Source: Bdellovibrio sp. ZAP7 (GTDB taxonomy: Bacteria; Bdellovibrionota; FAC87; UBA2466). From it: DNA of 64,000 bases. The first letter of the stretch is position 1; the number at the start of each line of letters is the position of its first letter. The stretch spans positions 70,304 through 134,303 of the forward strand of contig CAMCTJ010000001.1 in the NCBI GenBank assembly GCA_945878405.1, given 5' to 3'. A model generated the notes under the pieces. The model saw only the letters and a list, made by a program, of their open reading frames with translations. It was not told the origin of the DNA and searched no databases. Below are positions 48,674 through 58,204 of this stretch, piece by piece. A program made the translations under genes and the position numbers.

Positions 48674-50607
48674 TCTTCGATGAGCTCTATCAAAGCTTGA
48701 TTTTCCAGCGTCGTAGTATCTCCCGTAGGTTCTTTTCCTTCGGCGAGATCTTTTAAAAGCCGACGCATGATTTTTCCGCTTCGAGTTTTAGGAAGTGTTC
48801 TCGTTAACTTAATTTCGTCGGGACGGGCAATTGCTCCAATTTCTCTGCTAACGTGTTCTTTTAGCTCTCGTACTAACTCTTTCACCGAAACTTTTGTTTC
48901 ATCTCCACGAGGCGTAACAAAGGCAACCAAGGCCTGCCCCTTAATCGGATCCGGACGCCCCACAACGGCCGCCTCGGCTACCGCTGGATGACTCACCAGA
49001 GCACTTTCAACTTCCATGGTACCGAGCCGATGTCCTGAAACATTGATGACATCATCGACTCGACCTTTAATCCAAAAATAACCGCGATCATCTCGGTGCG
49101 CACTATCGCCAGTAAAGTACATGCCTGGAAATTTGGTCCAGTAGGCCTCTTTGTACCTTTCCGGATTCTTGTAAATTCCTCGGAGCATTGAGGGCCAGGG
49201 ATGTTTAATCACTAGATATCCTCCCTCATTAGGAGAACAACTCTTTCCTTCTTCATTTACGACATCGGCCAGAATTCCAGGAAAGGGTTTTGTCGCTGAG
49301 CCAGGTCTGGTGGTAGTTACGCCGGGGATTGGAGAAATGAGAATACAACCGGTCTCGGTCTGCCACCAAGTATCAACAATCGGGCAGCGCCCTCTTCCGA
49401 TTTCCGTGTGGTACCACATCCAAGCCTCAGGATTGATAGGCTCCCCGACACTGCCCAAAAGACGAAGAGTAGAAAGTTGATATTTCCTGGGGTGCTCATC
49501 CCCGGCCCGCATAAATGCACGAATGGCTGTGGGAGCAGTGTAGAGGATCGAGACTTTGTGTTTATCAACAATTTCCCAAAATCGTCCGGGATGCGGGTGA
49601 AACGGAGCTCCTTCATAGAGAACAATAGTGGCCCCGTGACTGAGAAGTCCGTAAACCACATAGCTGTGCCCGGTGATCCAACCGATATCTGCAGTACACC
49701 AAAAAACGTCTGTTGTTTTTAGATCAAAAATCCACTTAGCGGTGGTACTGACTCCGACTAAATAGCCACCCGTGGAATGAATAATTCCTTTAGGCTTGCC
49801 TGTTGTTCCGCTCGTATAAAGAAGAAAAAGAGGGTGTTCTGAATCAAAGGGCTTGGGAAAGTGAGTTTTGGCCTCCTGATCTACCAACAGATTCCAATCA
49901 CTGTGCTTTTCTTTTAAAACCGTGTCTGTTTTTCGCTTAAGAACAAGTACGTTTTGGACCGTGGGCATTTCAGGCATGACTGAATCAATCGTTTTTAAAA
50001 GTTCAATCTCCTGACCACGACGATACCCGACATCGGCGGTCAAGATAACTTTACATTCAGCATCTTGAACTCTATCTCGAATGGCAGGCCCACTGAATCC
50101 ACCAAAAATCACACTATGGACAACCCCAATCCGCGCACAGGCCAGCATGGCAATAATCGCCTCAGGCACCAAAGGCATGTAAATAGCAGCCGTGTCCCCG
50201 GGCTTTAGTCCAAATTTAACTTCAAGAACGTTCGAGAGCTGACAAACTTTTTCAAATAACGCTTGGTAACTCAGATTTTGGGAAGAGCCATCCTCGCCCT
50301 CCCAAATAATTGCCGTTTTATTACCAAGTCCTTCTTTTAAATGTCGATCAAGGCAATTGTAAGCTGCATTGGTGGTACCGCCTTCAAACCATTGAGCGTA
50401 GGGCTCTTTCCAAATCAGAGGTCGCTTCCAACGACTAAACCAAGTGATGTTTCGTGCGGATTCTTCCCAAAATGTTACTGGATCTGCTTGAGCCTGTCTC
50501 CAGATAGTGTCGTACTCAAGTCTGTTCCCAATATGGGCCTCTGCGGCGAAAGTTCGACTTGGCTCGAAAGTTCTCAGCTCAAATAAGACTGTATCGATCG
50601 ATCCCAT
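48670..50607 (-). CDS. acs: acetyl-CoA synthetase
   Basis: YTSGTTGKPKG, DTWWQTETG, PKTRSGKIMRR. Confidence 0.96.
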   Translation of the reverse strand: MGSIDTVLFELRTFEPSRTFAAEAHIGNRLEYDTIWRQAQADPVTFWEESARNITWFSRWKRPLIWKEPYAQWFEGGTTNAAYNCLDRHLKEGLGNKTAIIWEGEDGSSQNLSYQALFEKVCQLSNVLEVKFGLKPGDTAAIYMPLVPEAIIAMLACARIGVVHSVIFGGFSGPAIRDRVQDAECKVILTADVGYRRGQEIELLKTIDSVMPEMPTVQNVLVLKRKTDTVLKEKHSDWNLLVDQEAKTHFPKPFDSEHPLFLLYTSGTTGKPKGIIHSTGGYLVGVSTTAKWIFDLKTTDVFWCTADIGWITGHSYVVYGLLSHGATIVLYEGAPFHPHPGRFWEIVDKHKVSILYTAPTAIRAFMRAGDEHPRKYQLSTLRLLGSVGEPINPEAWMWYHTEIGRGRCPIVDTWWQTETGCILISPIPGVTTTRPGSATKPFPGILADVVNEEGKSCSPNEGGYLVIKHPWPSMLRGIYKNPERYKEAYWTKFPGMYFTGDSAHRDDRGYFWIKGRVDDVINVSGHRLGTMEVESALVSHPAVAEAAVVGRPDPIKGQALVAFVTPRGDETKVSVKELVRELKEHVSREIGAIARPDEIKLTRTLPKTRSGKIMRRLLKDLAEGKEPTGDTTTLENQALIELIED

Positions 50608-50671
50608 ACCTCTCCTTGAAACCTGCGTCCTGATTCCCTATGATTCTAAAGATAAACTGGAGCAGACACAA

Positions 50672-51769
50672 TTGCATCCCCTACTTGATCCCATACTTTT
50701 AGTCGATGATGAAAAAGATAACTTGCAGGCACTCAACCGGCTATTGAGAGGTCTTTTTCAAGTCACGACCACCACTTCTCCGCTGGAAGCTCTCCAATTA
50801 ATGGGGGCTCAGAGATTTCATGTGATCGTATCTGACCAAAGAATGCCGGATATGTCAGGGGTTGAGCTTTTGGAAAAAGCAAAAAAACTTAGTCCTCATT
50901 CGACTCGAATCCTACTGACAGGCTACACCGATATCGAATCTGTTATTGATGCAATCAATCGAGGGCATATTTATCGCTATATCGCCAAACCATGGGATCC
51001 TGAAGAGCTGAAACTGACTCTCAAACAGGCGAATGAAGCTTTTCAGCTGAGACGGGAATTAGAGGAAAAGAATCGTGCCCTAGAGAAAAGTCTCTCGGAG
51101 TTGTCCATTTTAGATAAAGCTAAGGCACGTTTCCTATCTTTGATCTCTCATGAACTAAACACTCCCCTCACCGTGCTGCAATCATTCATGTCTCTTCTGT
51201 CGCAGTCACAGGCAGAATTGAGTAAAGATCTTCAAAAGTCAGTCTCTGCTCTTTCTGGGGCAGTTCACCGCTTTTCTGAAATTGTGACTGAAGTTTTAAC
51301 CTACACTCGGCTTGAATCGACGGGAAAATTAAAATTGGGTCAAATCGACTTGGATAAACAGATCCAACAAATGTTGGAAGAACTCAAGTCCAGTGCACAA
51401 AACAAACATCTGAAGTTTGAGTATTCCTCAGAACAGGTAGGGCAAGAAAAATTAGATTGGGAAAAAATGGAGCTTGCTCTAAACCGAATTATTACTTCAA
51501 TCATTTCTCGCGCCCATCCCGGCACTTCAGTTTCTTTAAAAACGCGAAATGAAGCGGGACACATTGTTCTGAGTATTTCTTGGAATGGGGAGTCACTCCC
51601 GGAAGATGCTTTCAAACCTTTTGAGACAGGCTCTTCTGAAATGCACCATCATAAAAACTTAGGTCTTTCACTGGCAATCGCAAAGCTCATCATTGAAAGT
51701 CACGGTGGAAAGATCATGGACTCACGCGCCTCTTCCACCGAAAACTGCCTTACGCTTCAACTAAAGTAA
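50672..51769 (+). CDS. receiver-HisKA hybrid with degenerate HATPase domain
   Basis: LLVDDE, SDQRMP, AKPW, SHELNTPL; start moved to TTG 50672 (GGAG SD) to avoid overlap with acs. Confidence 0.85.
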   Translation: MHPLLDPILLVDDEKDNLQALNRLLRGLFQVTTTTSPLEALQLMGAQRFHVIVSDQRMPDMSGVELLEKAKKLSPHSTRILLTGYTDIESVIDAINRGHIYRYIAKPWDPEELKLTLKQANEAFQLRRELEEKNRALEKSLSELSILDKAKARFLSLISHELNTPLTVLQSFMSLLSQSQAELSKDLQKSVSALSGAVHRFSEIVTEVLTYTRLESTGKLKLGQIDLDKQIQQMLEELKSSAQNKHLKFEYSSEQVGQEKLDWEKMELALNRIITSIISRAHPGTSVSLKTRNEAGHIVLSISWNGESLPEDAFKPFETGSSEMHHHKNLGLSLAIAKLIIESHGGKIMDSRASSTENCLTLQLK

Positions 51770-52919
51770 CGCTTTCGAAAGATTTTAAAATACTGCTCGC
51801 GAATTGTTCTGGTTGGTAGCCTTTTAAAACTAATGCCCGAGCATTCATTCCCCAGGTTTTGGAAATCGAACAGTCTTTCACTAATCGACTGATTTTTTCT
51901 GTCGCGGCTTTACAGTCACCCACCGGATAAATATCACCCGTTTGTCCGCTTAAGACCAAATCTCCTGCAACTCCACACTGATCGGTAACCAAAGCAGGAA
52001 GCCGGCAACTGAAGGCCTCATTAACTACTAAGCCCCAAGTCTCAAAATCAGAAGGAACAACGAGCAGATCTGCTGCATAGTAAAAGTTTTTAATTTCATT
52101 TTGATTTTTAAATCCAACAAAATGAACATTCGGCATTCCCTCTGCTCTGGATTGAAGAACTTCGCTGAGTTCTCCATTGCCCACAAAAACGGTGTGAATC
52201 AGTCCCTGTTTTTGTAAATTCAGATGAATCTCCAGGAGGTCTTGCGGGCGCTTTCTGTCAAAGAGGCGCCCCACAAACAGAAGTAGAAACGCATCAGGGG
52301 AAATCCCTAGATTTTTTCGAATTTCAGACCGAACGGTATTCGCCTCAGGTTCAGACAAAACAAAAGGGGCAAGGTCAGTGCAGTATTTAGCAGAGGTAAT
52401 TTTTGAAGGGGAGACACCCCACTGCCGATAGTAATCTACCGTTCGCTTACCGATAGCGATGAAACCCGCGACCTTTCGGAAGAAGTAATTGATGAGAACT
52501 CGCTTAATACCTCTGCGCAAAAGAGAGCCCCGCCAATCGAAAGTTTCTCCGACGAAAATAAGCGGAATTTTTTTCTGAGCACAGAGAATCCGCAAAATCC
52601 AATGTTCGACTTGATAATAGCCATAAAAAAGGACTGCCTGCGGTTTCTCCTCTCCCAAGACCCGATTGAGTGCCGCTACTTTTTCTATGAAACTCAGCTT
52701 TTGGGTCTCTAGGGTTCGATTCCGATAGCCGCTCTCAAGCGGAAGGCCAAACTCTTGTTTTGGGATCTTATCTACCTCTTGGAACCACCATTTTTTTCCG
52801 TCAAATCGTGAGTTAAAAAAAACCACCTCCGCCTGGGGTAGTTTTTTCATGAGCTCGCGAAAGACGGGTGCTCGGTATTGAATGGGGTGGGTATCAAAAA
52901 TGAGAAGGGAAGAGCTCAT
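51750..52919 (-). CDS. glycosyltransferase family 4
   Basis: THPIQY, FVGRLFDRK, ETWGLVVNEA. Confidence 0.9.
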   Translation of the reverse strand: MSSSLLIFDTHPIQYRAPVFRELMKKLPQAEVVFFNSRFDGKKWWFQEVDKIPKQEFGLPLESGYRNRTLETQKLSFIEKVAALNRVLGEEKPQAVLFYGYYQVEHWILRILCAQKKIPLIFVGETFDWRGSLLRRGIKRVLINYFFRKVAGFIAIGKRTVDYYRQWGVSPSKITSAKYCTDLAPFVLSEPEANTVRSEIRKNLGISPDAFLLLFVGRLFDRKRPQDLLEIHLNLQKQGLIHTVFVGNGELSEVLQSRAEGMPNVHFVGFKNQNEIKNFYYAADLLVVPSDFETWGLVVNEAFSCRLPALVTDQCGVAGDLVLSGQTGDIYPVGDCKAATEKISRLVKDCSISKTWGMNARALVLKGYQPEQFASSILKSFESVTLVEA

Positions 52920-53006
52920 AAATAAGTTCTTATTTTACCATGGGAAAGGCTTGCGAGATGTTTCCCTGATGTAGCATAATTATCGCACAGCATAAGGAGA
53001 CTGAAT

Positions 53007-53246
53007 ATGAAGGGTCCCATGGAATGGGGAAACTGGGCGCTCATTTTGATTGGCTTTGGTTTGATCGCCGGTGGACCATGGATAGTGTATCGAACCATTG
53101 AAACAATTCGAAAAATCCGTCGAGAAGATCCAAAAGCTAGTATCCAGCCGTTTAACAATGGATTTAATATTTTAATTGGGGTTCTTTTCTTCGGTTCGGG
53201 GATACTTTTCGTTCTGAATAATCTTCGAGGAAATCCTCTTCATTAG
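53007..53246 (+). CDS. small two-TM membrane protein
   Basis: AAGGAG SD, two hydrophobic helices. Confidence 0.65.
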   Translation: MKGPMEWGNWALILIGFGLIAGGPWIVYRTIETIRKIRREDPKASIQPFNNGFNILIGVLFFGSGILFVLNNLRGNPLH

Positions 53247-53334
53247 GGGACTTGTGCTCGACAAATAAGGCCCGGGAGTGTTAGACCTTTTGGGCGAAAT
53301 AGCTTAAAGTATTCATGATTTTTCGAGGTGCCAG

Positions 53335-54138
53335 ATGCCAGTCACGTTAAGTCTTATTCTTGCTCTTCTTGCCGCTGGTGGCTTATTTTTTTCCCTCTAT
53401 GCGGTGATTACTGCCCTAGTGGGTGGAAAACGCGCAAAAGCGAGCCCCAAAATGGGCATTTCTCCGGGAGATGTCAGAGGCGCTCTCAACGTGTGGGTTG
53501 TTTGGGATCCCGCCCAGTTTAATGTCCAGGTTTATCGACTCATTTTTAGATTTGCGAGTCCCTACAGTTCTCAGAAAGAAGGGATCTTCTGTGTCACTTA
53601 TGACAATGCTCAGGTAGCCCCATTTACTCAAATAGTAAAAGTTCCGGATCGGTTTGTGGATCTCATCCAAAACTCAAAAGAAAAGTTTCTCATGACAGTG
53701 GAAATGAAAACAGTCGAAGAGTTAACTCTGATGAAGACTGTGACCTCCGCAAAACTAAAGGCCCTTTTCACCGGTACTGGAGATCAGCCCGAAATTGCCA
53801 ACAAATTGGCTTTGGTCGAAGAAGACAAAGCCGCTGTTTATACTTTGGACTTTTCTGAATTACAGGTACGTCGTAAAAAATTACGCGACCTAGAGGCTCA
53901 AGCACAAGCAAAGGCCAAAGCAAAACCTGCTGCAGCTCCAGCGAAACCAGCAGCCGTTGCACCTGCTCCAGCAACAGCCGCAGCAGCAGCTCCTACTCCA
54001 GCTCCAGCCGTTCCGACGGCTCCGGCTCCAGTGGCTGCGCAAGCTGCTGACAAGAGTCCTGTCGAGACTGCGGTCAAATCTGTTCGCGATTTAGTAGCAG
54101 CTTCAAATGCTGCTAAAGCTCCTGTTGAAAAACCTTAA
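53335..54138 (+). CDS. membrane-anchored protein with Ala/Pro-rich C-terminal tail
   Basis: GAGG SD, N-terminal TM, AAAPAKPAAVAPAP tail. Confidence 0.7.
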   Translation: MPVTLSLILALLAAGGLFFSLYAVITALVGGKRAKASPKMGISPGDVRGALNVWVVWDPAQFNVQVYRLIFRFASPYSSQKEGIFCVTYDNAQVAPFTQIVKVPDRFVDLIQNSKEKFLMTVEMKTVEELTLMKTVTSAKLKALFTGTGDQPEIANKLALVEEDKAAVYTLDFSELQVRRKKLRDLEAQAQAKAKAKPAAAPAKPAAVAPAPATAAAAAPTPAPAVPTAPAPVAAQAADKSPVETAVKSVRDLVAASNAAKAPVEKP

Positions 54139-54149
54139 GGATTTAAACC

Positions 54150-54401
54150 ATGGCAGATAAATTAGATTTTTCGACTCTTGTTTTGTCGTTCGCAACCAGC
54201 TCCCTAATGAACATGGGACATGCCCCAGATCCTCAAACTGGAAAGAAAAACAAAAATATTGAGTTAGCCAAACAGAACATTGAAATCTTGGCAATTCTTG
54301 AGGAAAAAAGTCGCGGTAATTTAACCAAAGAAGAAGCGGAGCTGCTTAAGAACATCCTAGCTGAAGTCCGATTACGTTTTGTTGAGGCGTCTAAATCTTA
54401 A
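54150..54401 (+). CDS. DUF1844 family protein
   Basis: PDPQTG...LELAKQNIE-like segment, LEEKSRGNLT.EE. Confidence 0.82.
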   Translation: MADKLDFSTLVLSFATSSLMNMGHAPDPQTGKKNKNIELAKQNIEILAILEEKSRGNLTKEEAELLKNILAEVRLRFVEASKS

Positions 54402-55696
54402 TGTGGTTCATTAGTTTTTTTGTTTTTTCCCAACTGGCTCTGTCCGCTCTGGTTCCACCCGCGATTGATCAATCCCCGATTACGAGTGCTTCGGAGATCC
54501 TAGGCTGGGTGAAAGGCGCCGAACCAGAAGTAAAAACAGTGGAAGAATTGCTGGAACGGCTACCAGAGGCCTATCGGACCTATTTTGTTCTTCAGTACGA
54601 CAGTCACAGCAATCACAGTTCCAATGCAACTCATCCTCGAATTATCTTTTTTGGACCCGACGCCAAACTGCTCCTGGCCTTATCGGGCTTACCCAGTGAT
54701 AGCTTTTACGATACGGCAGAGATGATCGAATATGAGCCCGCCACCGCCTCCTATGCTTTTTACAGCATTCACTTTAAAACCCAAGAGCCCGCTCAGGTAG
54801 AAGTAAATCCAACGGATTGCTTACGTTGCCATGGAGCAGATCCCAAGCCGAATTGGGAGCCCTACAGTCTGTGGCCGGGAGCTTTTGGCAGTTTACATGA
54901 CCGGATTTTACCCGGGACAAAGGAACACCATTCCTTTGAAGAGTTTCTGAAGGGTTACCAAGACTCTCCCCGATATCGATTTCTTCCTCGACCTTTTCAC
55001 GTTGAAATTCAGGATTCTCCAGGGACTAAAAAATATTATCTCTGGAATGGCGGCGTGGGTCCCGGTTCCTCGCTCTCTATTCTTTTAGGATTTCTAAATC
55101 GGGATCGCATTGCAAAAAAGTTAGTGGCAAGCGATGGGCATTCCCGATATCGGCCAGCCCTCACTGCGGCTCTCATCGGTTGCAAAGAACCGATTGAAGA
55201 TTTTTTACCGACCGATCTGAGACGCAATCATCCGGAGAGATTCTCCGAAGTGCTTTTTGAAACCCAGATGTACATGGAAAAAGATTTGGGAAGAAAAAAG
55301 AGAGCTCTCGTCAATTATTTGGAAACAGATGAATCTGTGATTTCAGAAAATGCAGATCTTTTTGGTTTCCGACAGGCAGAAGTCGAGAGAATCGCTAAAC
55401 TGCGTTACTTACTTACCAAAAGAAGAAACTCGATTAATTTTGATCGCTGGGCTTCAAGCATTTCGAAGACGTCTTTGGATTTTAACGACGGAGTAAGTGG
55501 GCTTGAAAACCTGATTGGACATTATTTGATGATCGCTTATCAGGAAGACGAACCAATTCGAAAGGCTATTCCCATTCGAGAGTATGCTTTTTCTCCCACT
55601 TCTTTCACGATCACCACGTATTCCGTGATGGAAAGTCCAGACCTTGCTTGCGAACTTCTTCTGAAAGAAGCCAAAGCGGTCTCATTAGTGGAGTAA
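54401..55696 (+). CDS. secreted protein with single CxxCH (putative c-type cytochrome)
   Basis: Signal-like N-terminus; NPTDCLRCHG..PKPNWEPY..WPG. Confidence 0.62.
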   Translation: MWFISFFVFSQLALSALVPPAIDQSPITSASEILGWVKGAEPEVKTVEELLERLPEAYRTYFVLQYDSHSNHSSNATHPRIIFFGPDAKLLLALSGLPSDSFYDTAEMIEYEPATASYAFYSIHFKTQEPAQVEVNPTDCLRCHGADPKPNWEPYSLWPGAFGSLHDRILPGTKEHHSFEEFLKGYQDSPRYRFLPRPFHVEIQDSPGTKKYYLWNGGVGPGSSLSILLGFLNRDRIAKKLVASDGHSRYRPALTAALIGCKEPIEDFLPTDLRRNHPERFSEVLFETQMYMEKDLGRKKRALVNYLETDESVISENADLFGFRQAEVERIAKLRYLLTKRRNSINFDRWASSISKTSLDFNDGVSGLENLIGHYLMIAYQEDEPIRKAIPIREYAFSPTSFTITTYSVMESPDLACELLLKEAKAVSLVE

Positions 55697-56503
55697 GAGT
55701 TTTCGAGCTTCGGCAATGTTGGCTACGGGCCTGCCGACTTCATTTGCAATTCGAACGATTCTCTCGACGAGCTGAGCGTTGCTTTTCGCAGGCATTCCCT
55801 TGGAATAAAAAATATTATCTTCTAAACCAACTCGAACGTGTCCGCCCATCACAAGGGAATGGACAGCCAAAGGAAGTTCATACCGACCAATTCCAGCTAC
55901 CGCCCAAGTAGATTGAGCTGGCAGATTCTGAACCAGAAAAGTCAACGATGAAAACTCTCCCGATAAGGCTCCGGGAACCCCCAACACGAATTGACAGTGA
56001 AAGGGGGGGTGCAGAAGCCCTTCCTTGATGAGTTTTTTTAGATTGTCTAGGTGGCCAGCTTCGTAGATTTCAAATTCAGGAATAATTTTGTTCTCATGAA
56101 ACGATTTCGTAAGAGCTCTCATGTCAGAGAAGGTATTTACAAAAATCTCTTCGCCAAAATTGATGGTCCCTAAGTTAAATGAGGCCATTTCGGGTTTTAA
56201 AGTTAAAGGAGCCACCCGATTTGCGATGTTTTCCCCCACTGCACCCCCAGTTGAAAATTGAATTACCGGCTCATTTCCTTTACAGGCACGTCGAATTGCC
56301 TCCACCGACACTTTGAAGTGCTCAAGCTTTTGGGATGGCCTCCCCTGCTCGTCGCGAACATGCAAGTGAATCACTGAAGCACCAGCATCTACTGCTTCTT
56401 TAGCTGCTGCAGCTTGTTCTTCAGGAGTCACAGGAAGTGCGGGACACTGAGCCTTAGATAATTCAGCTCCCGTGATCGCCGCTGTGATAATAAGTTTTTC
56501 CAT
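55685..56503 (-). CDS. kce: 3-keto-5-aminohexanoate cleavage enzyme (BKACE family)
   Basis: IITAAITGAE, IHLHVRD, STGG, GHVRVGLEDN. Confidence 0.85.
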   Translation of the reverse strand: MEKLIITAAITGAELSKAQCPALPVTPEEQAAAAKEAVDAGASVIHLHVRDEQGRPSQKLEHFKVSVEAIRRACKGNEPVIQFSTGGAVGENIANRVAPLTLKPEMASFNLGTINFGEEIFVNTFSDMRALTKSFHENKIIPEFEIYEAGHLDNLKKLIKEGLLHPPFHCQFVLGVPGALSGEFSSLTFLVQNLPAQSTWAVAGIGRYELPLAVHSLVMGGHVRVGLEDNIFYSKGMPAKSNAQLVERIVRIANEVGRPVANIAEARKLLLH

Positions 56504-56572
56504 AGTGAATATAGATTATCGACTCCTGATTCACTTTAAAAGGGAAACTCCTTCGCCTATAATGAAGGTCCT

Positions 56573-57532
56573 TTGAACAAATTCGCTGACACCTTAAGAC
56601 AGAACCGTCGCTTTCTTATCTCCACCCATGTCCAGCCCGATGGAGACGGAATTGGCTCGGAAATAGCCCTCTACCATCATTTAAAAAAAACTGGAAAAGA
56701 AGCTTGGGTCATCAACCCCTCTCCCACCCCGGAAAAATTCGAAGTTATTGACCCCTCACGCATCATCCAGGTTTTTAGCTCGGGACTGAAAGTTCCGGAG
56801 GTAGATGCAGTCATTATTGTGGATACCAATGAAGTAAAAATGCTGGGGACACTGGCTCCTGTCGTTGAAAACCTGAAGGTTCCCATCCTCTTCGTCGATC
56901 ACCATGTGAAAGAATTACAAGATACCTCAGGCCACCTCATCGATGAGAAATCGGGTTCTTCGGGTGAGATCGTCTACCGATTCATTAAAAGCGAGGGGAC
57001 CGAACTTACTTTCGAAATGGCCCAAGCGCTCTACGTAGCTATTCTGACGGATACAGGAAATTTTCGGTTTCAAAGAACATCGCCTTCGACTCATGAGACA
57101 GTTGCGGATCTCTTGCGCACGGGAGTCAAACCTGAACAAGTATTCCAGAGCGTTTTTGGCAAAGACAGTGCAGAGAAATTAAGACTCTTGGGGAAAACCC
57201 TGCAAACGCTCAAGCTTGAGTGCCAAGGTCAGTTTGCTTGGGTGAGCATCAGTAAATCCGATCGTGATCAAAGCCAAGCCACGATTGAAGATACTGAAAG
57301 TTTCATTGGCCATCTCACTGTTCTTCGGGATGTAAAAATCGTAGCTCTTTTTCGCGAAGAAGATAATGGAACAACCAAACTCAGTCTTCGGGGTTTGCAT
57401 AATCAACCGGTTGTTGAAATTGCAAAAAAGTTTGGCGGAGGCGGGCATAAATTTGCTGCTGGAGCAAAAATTCAAAAACCAATTCAAGAAACGGTTGATC
57501 TCGTTCTTAAGGAAGTTTCTTCCAAGCTTTAA
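56573..57532 (+). CDS. nrnA: DHH-family phosphoesterase (oligoribonuclease/pAp phosphatase)
   Basis: HVQPDGDGIGS, VDHH, DTGNF, GGGGHKFAAG. Confidence 0.88.
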   Translation: MNKFADTLRQNRRFLISTHVQPDGDGIGSEIALYHHLKKTGKEAWVINPSPTPEKFEVIDPSRIIQVFSSGLKVPEVDAVIIVDTNEVKMLGTLAPVVENLKVPILFVDHHVKELQDTSGHLIDEKSGSSGEIVYRFIKSEGTELTFEMAQALYVAILTDTGNFRFQRTSPSTHETVADLLRTGVKPEQVFQSVFGKDSAEKLRLLGKTLQTLKLECQGQFAWVSISKSDRDQSQATIEDTESFIGHLTVLRDVKIVALFREEDNGTTKLSLRGLHNQPVVEIAKKFGGGGHKFAAGAKIQKPIQETVDLVLKEVSSKL

Positions 57533-58124
57533 TCTGATCTTCAAAAATATGGATCAGGTGATCTCGGGCTCCTGATTTTTCCCCTAGAGCCTCCAAAGCT
57601 AAGGCAGTTGCTTCAATCGTTGATAGCAAACCCGAACGCGGCTCTTTTCTGATGTTTCCGTATAAAGAGGGTTCCGAGGGGTTCAGAACAATGCGCTTTA
57701 ATTTCAAAAGCCAGGGGTTTCTCCACCAAAGAGTTTTCGATTGTTTCCAGTTTCCATCCAAGACTACGAGACCTTTCAAACCATCCCAGGAAACGGCATT
57801 GCCCTTTCTATCCACCACCTCAAAGGGTTTGTTTTGGACTATTTTCTCCGAATTTTTCTGAGTTCCCACGAACAGAACGGCCCAGTTGTCAGGCTTGGCT
57901 TCTTTCTTCAAAGCCGCTTTGAGGGAGCCCCAGGAAAACCCCACCCGATGGGTACAATGATCAAGCCCCAGGGCTAAAAGCCGGCTAGTGGTTAACGGGG
58001 AACGGGCCTCTTGCGGGTGTTGGAGAATTAAAACCTCAAGAGTGTTCTGAATCGGCTGAATCTGAGCACAAATGCAGCTTTCTGGCTCTTTCCAGCAGTT
58101 AGCGCATTTTGTCTCTGGTTTCAT
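57507..58124 (-). CDS. DTW-domain tRNA-uridine aminocarboxypropyltransferase family
   Basis: CANC..CIC, LQHPQE, LDGNW, LSTIEA; start moved to ATG 58124. Confidence 0.85.
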   Translation of the reverse strand: MKPETKCANCWKEPESCICAQIQPIQNTLEVLILQHPQEARSPLTTSRLLALGLDHCTHRVGFSWGSLKAALKKEAKPDNWAVLFVGTQKNSEKIVQNKPFEVVDRKGNAVSWDGLKGLVVLDGNWKQSKTLWWRNPWLLKLKRIVLNPSEPSLYGNIRKEPRSGLLSTIEATALALEALGEKSGARDHLIHIFEDQIKAWKKLP

Positions 58125-58204
58125 GGGCTGCCCTTGTATCAAAGGCTATGACTTTTCGCTAACGCAAAGTGTGAAACTTTGGTATAAACCTACTTCTTTT
58201 AATC

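Noticed and set aside
50507..50671. Long N-terminal extension of the receiver-kinase ORF
   Set aside because: Overlaps the acs start on the other strand; a TTG with GGAG SD at 50672 fits the domain boundary.
53890..54050. Ala/Pro-rich GCA/CCA/GCT repeats as a DNA repeat element
   Set aside because: Explained by a low-complexity protein tail; synonymous positions vary.
56516..56540. Sigma28 promoter for kce (GTCGATAA on minus strand)
   Set aside because: TAAA is only 11 nt from the -10 box rather than 15.
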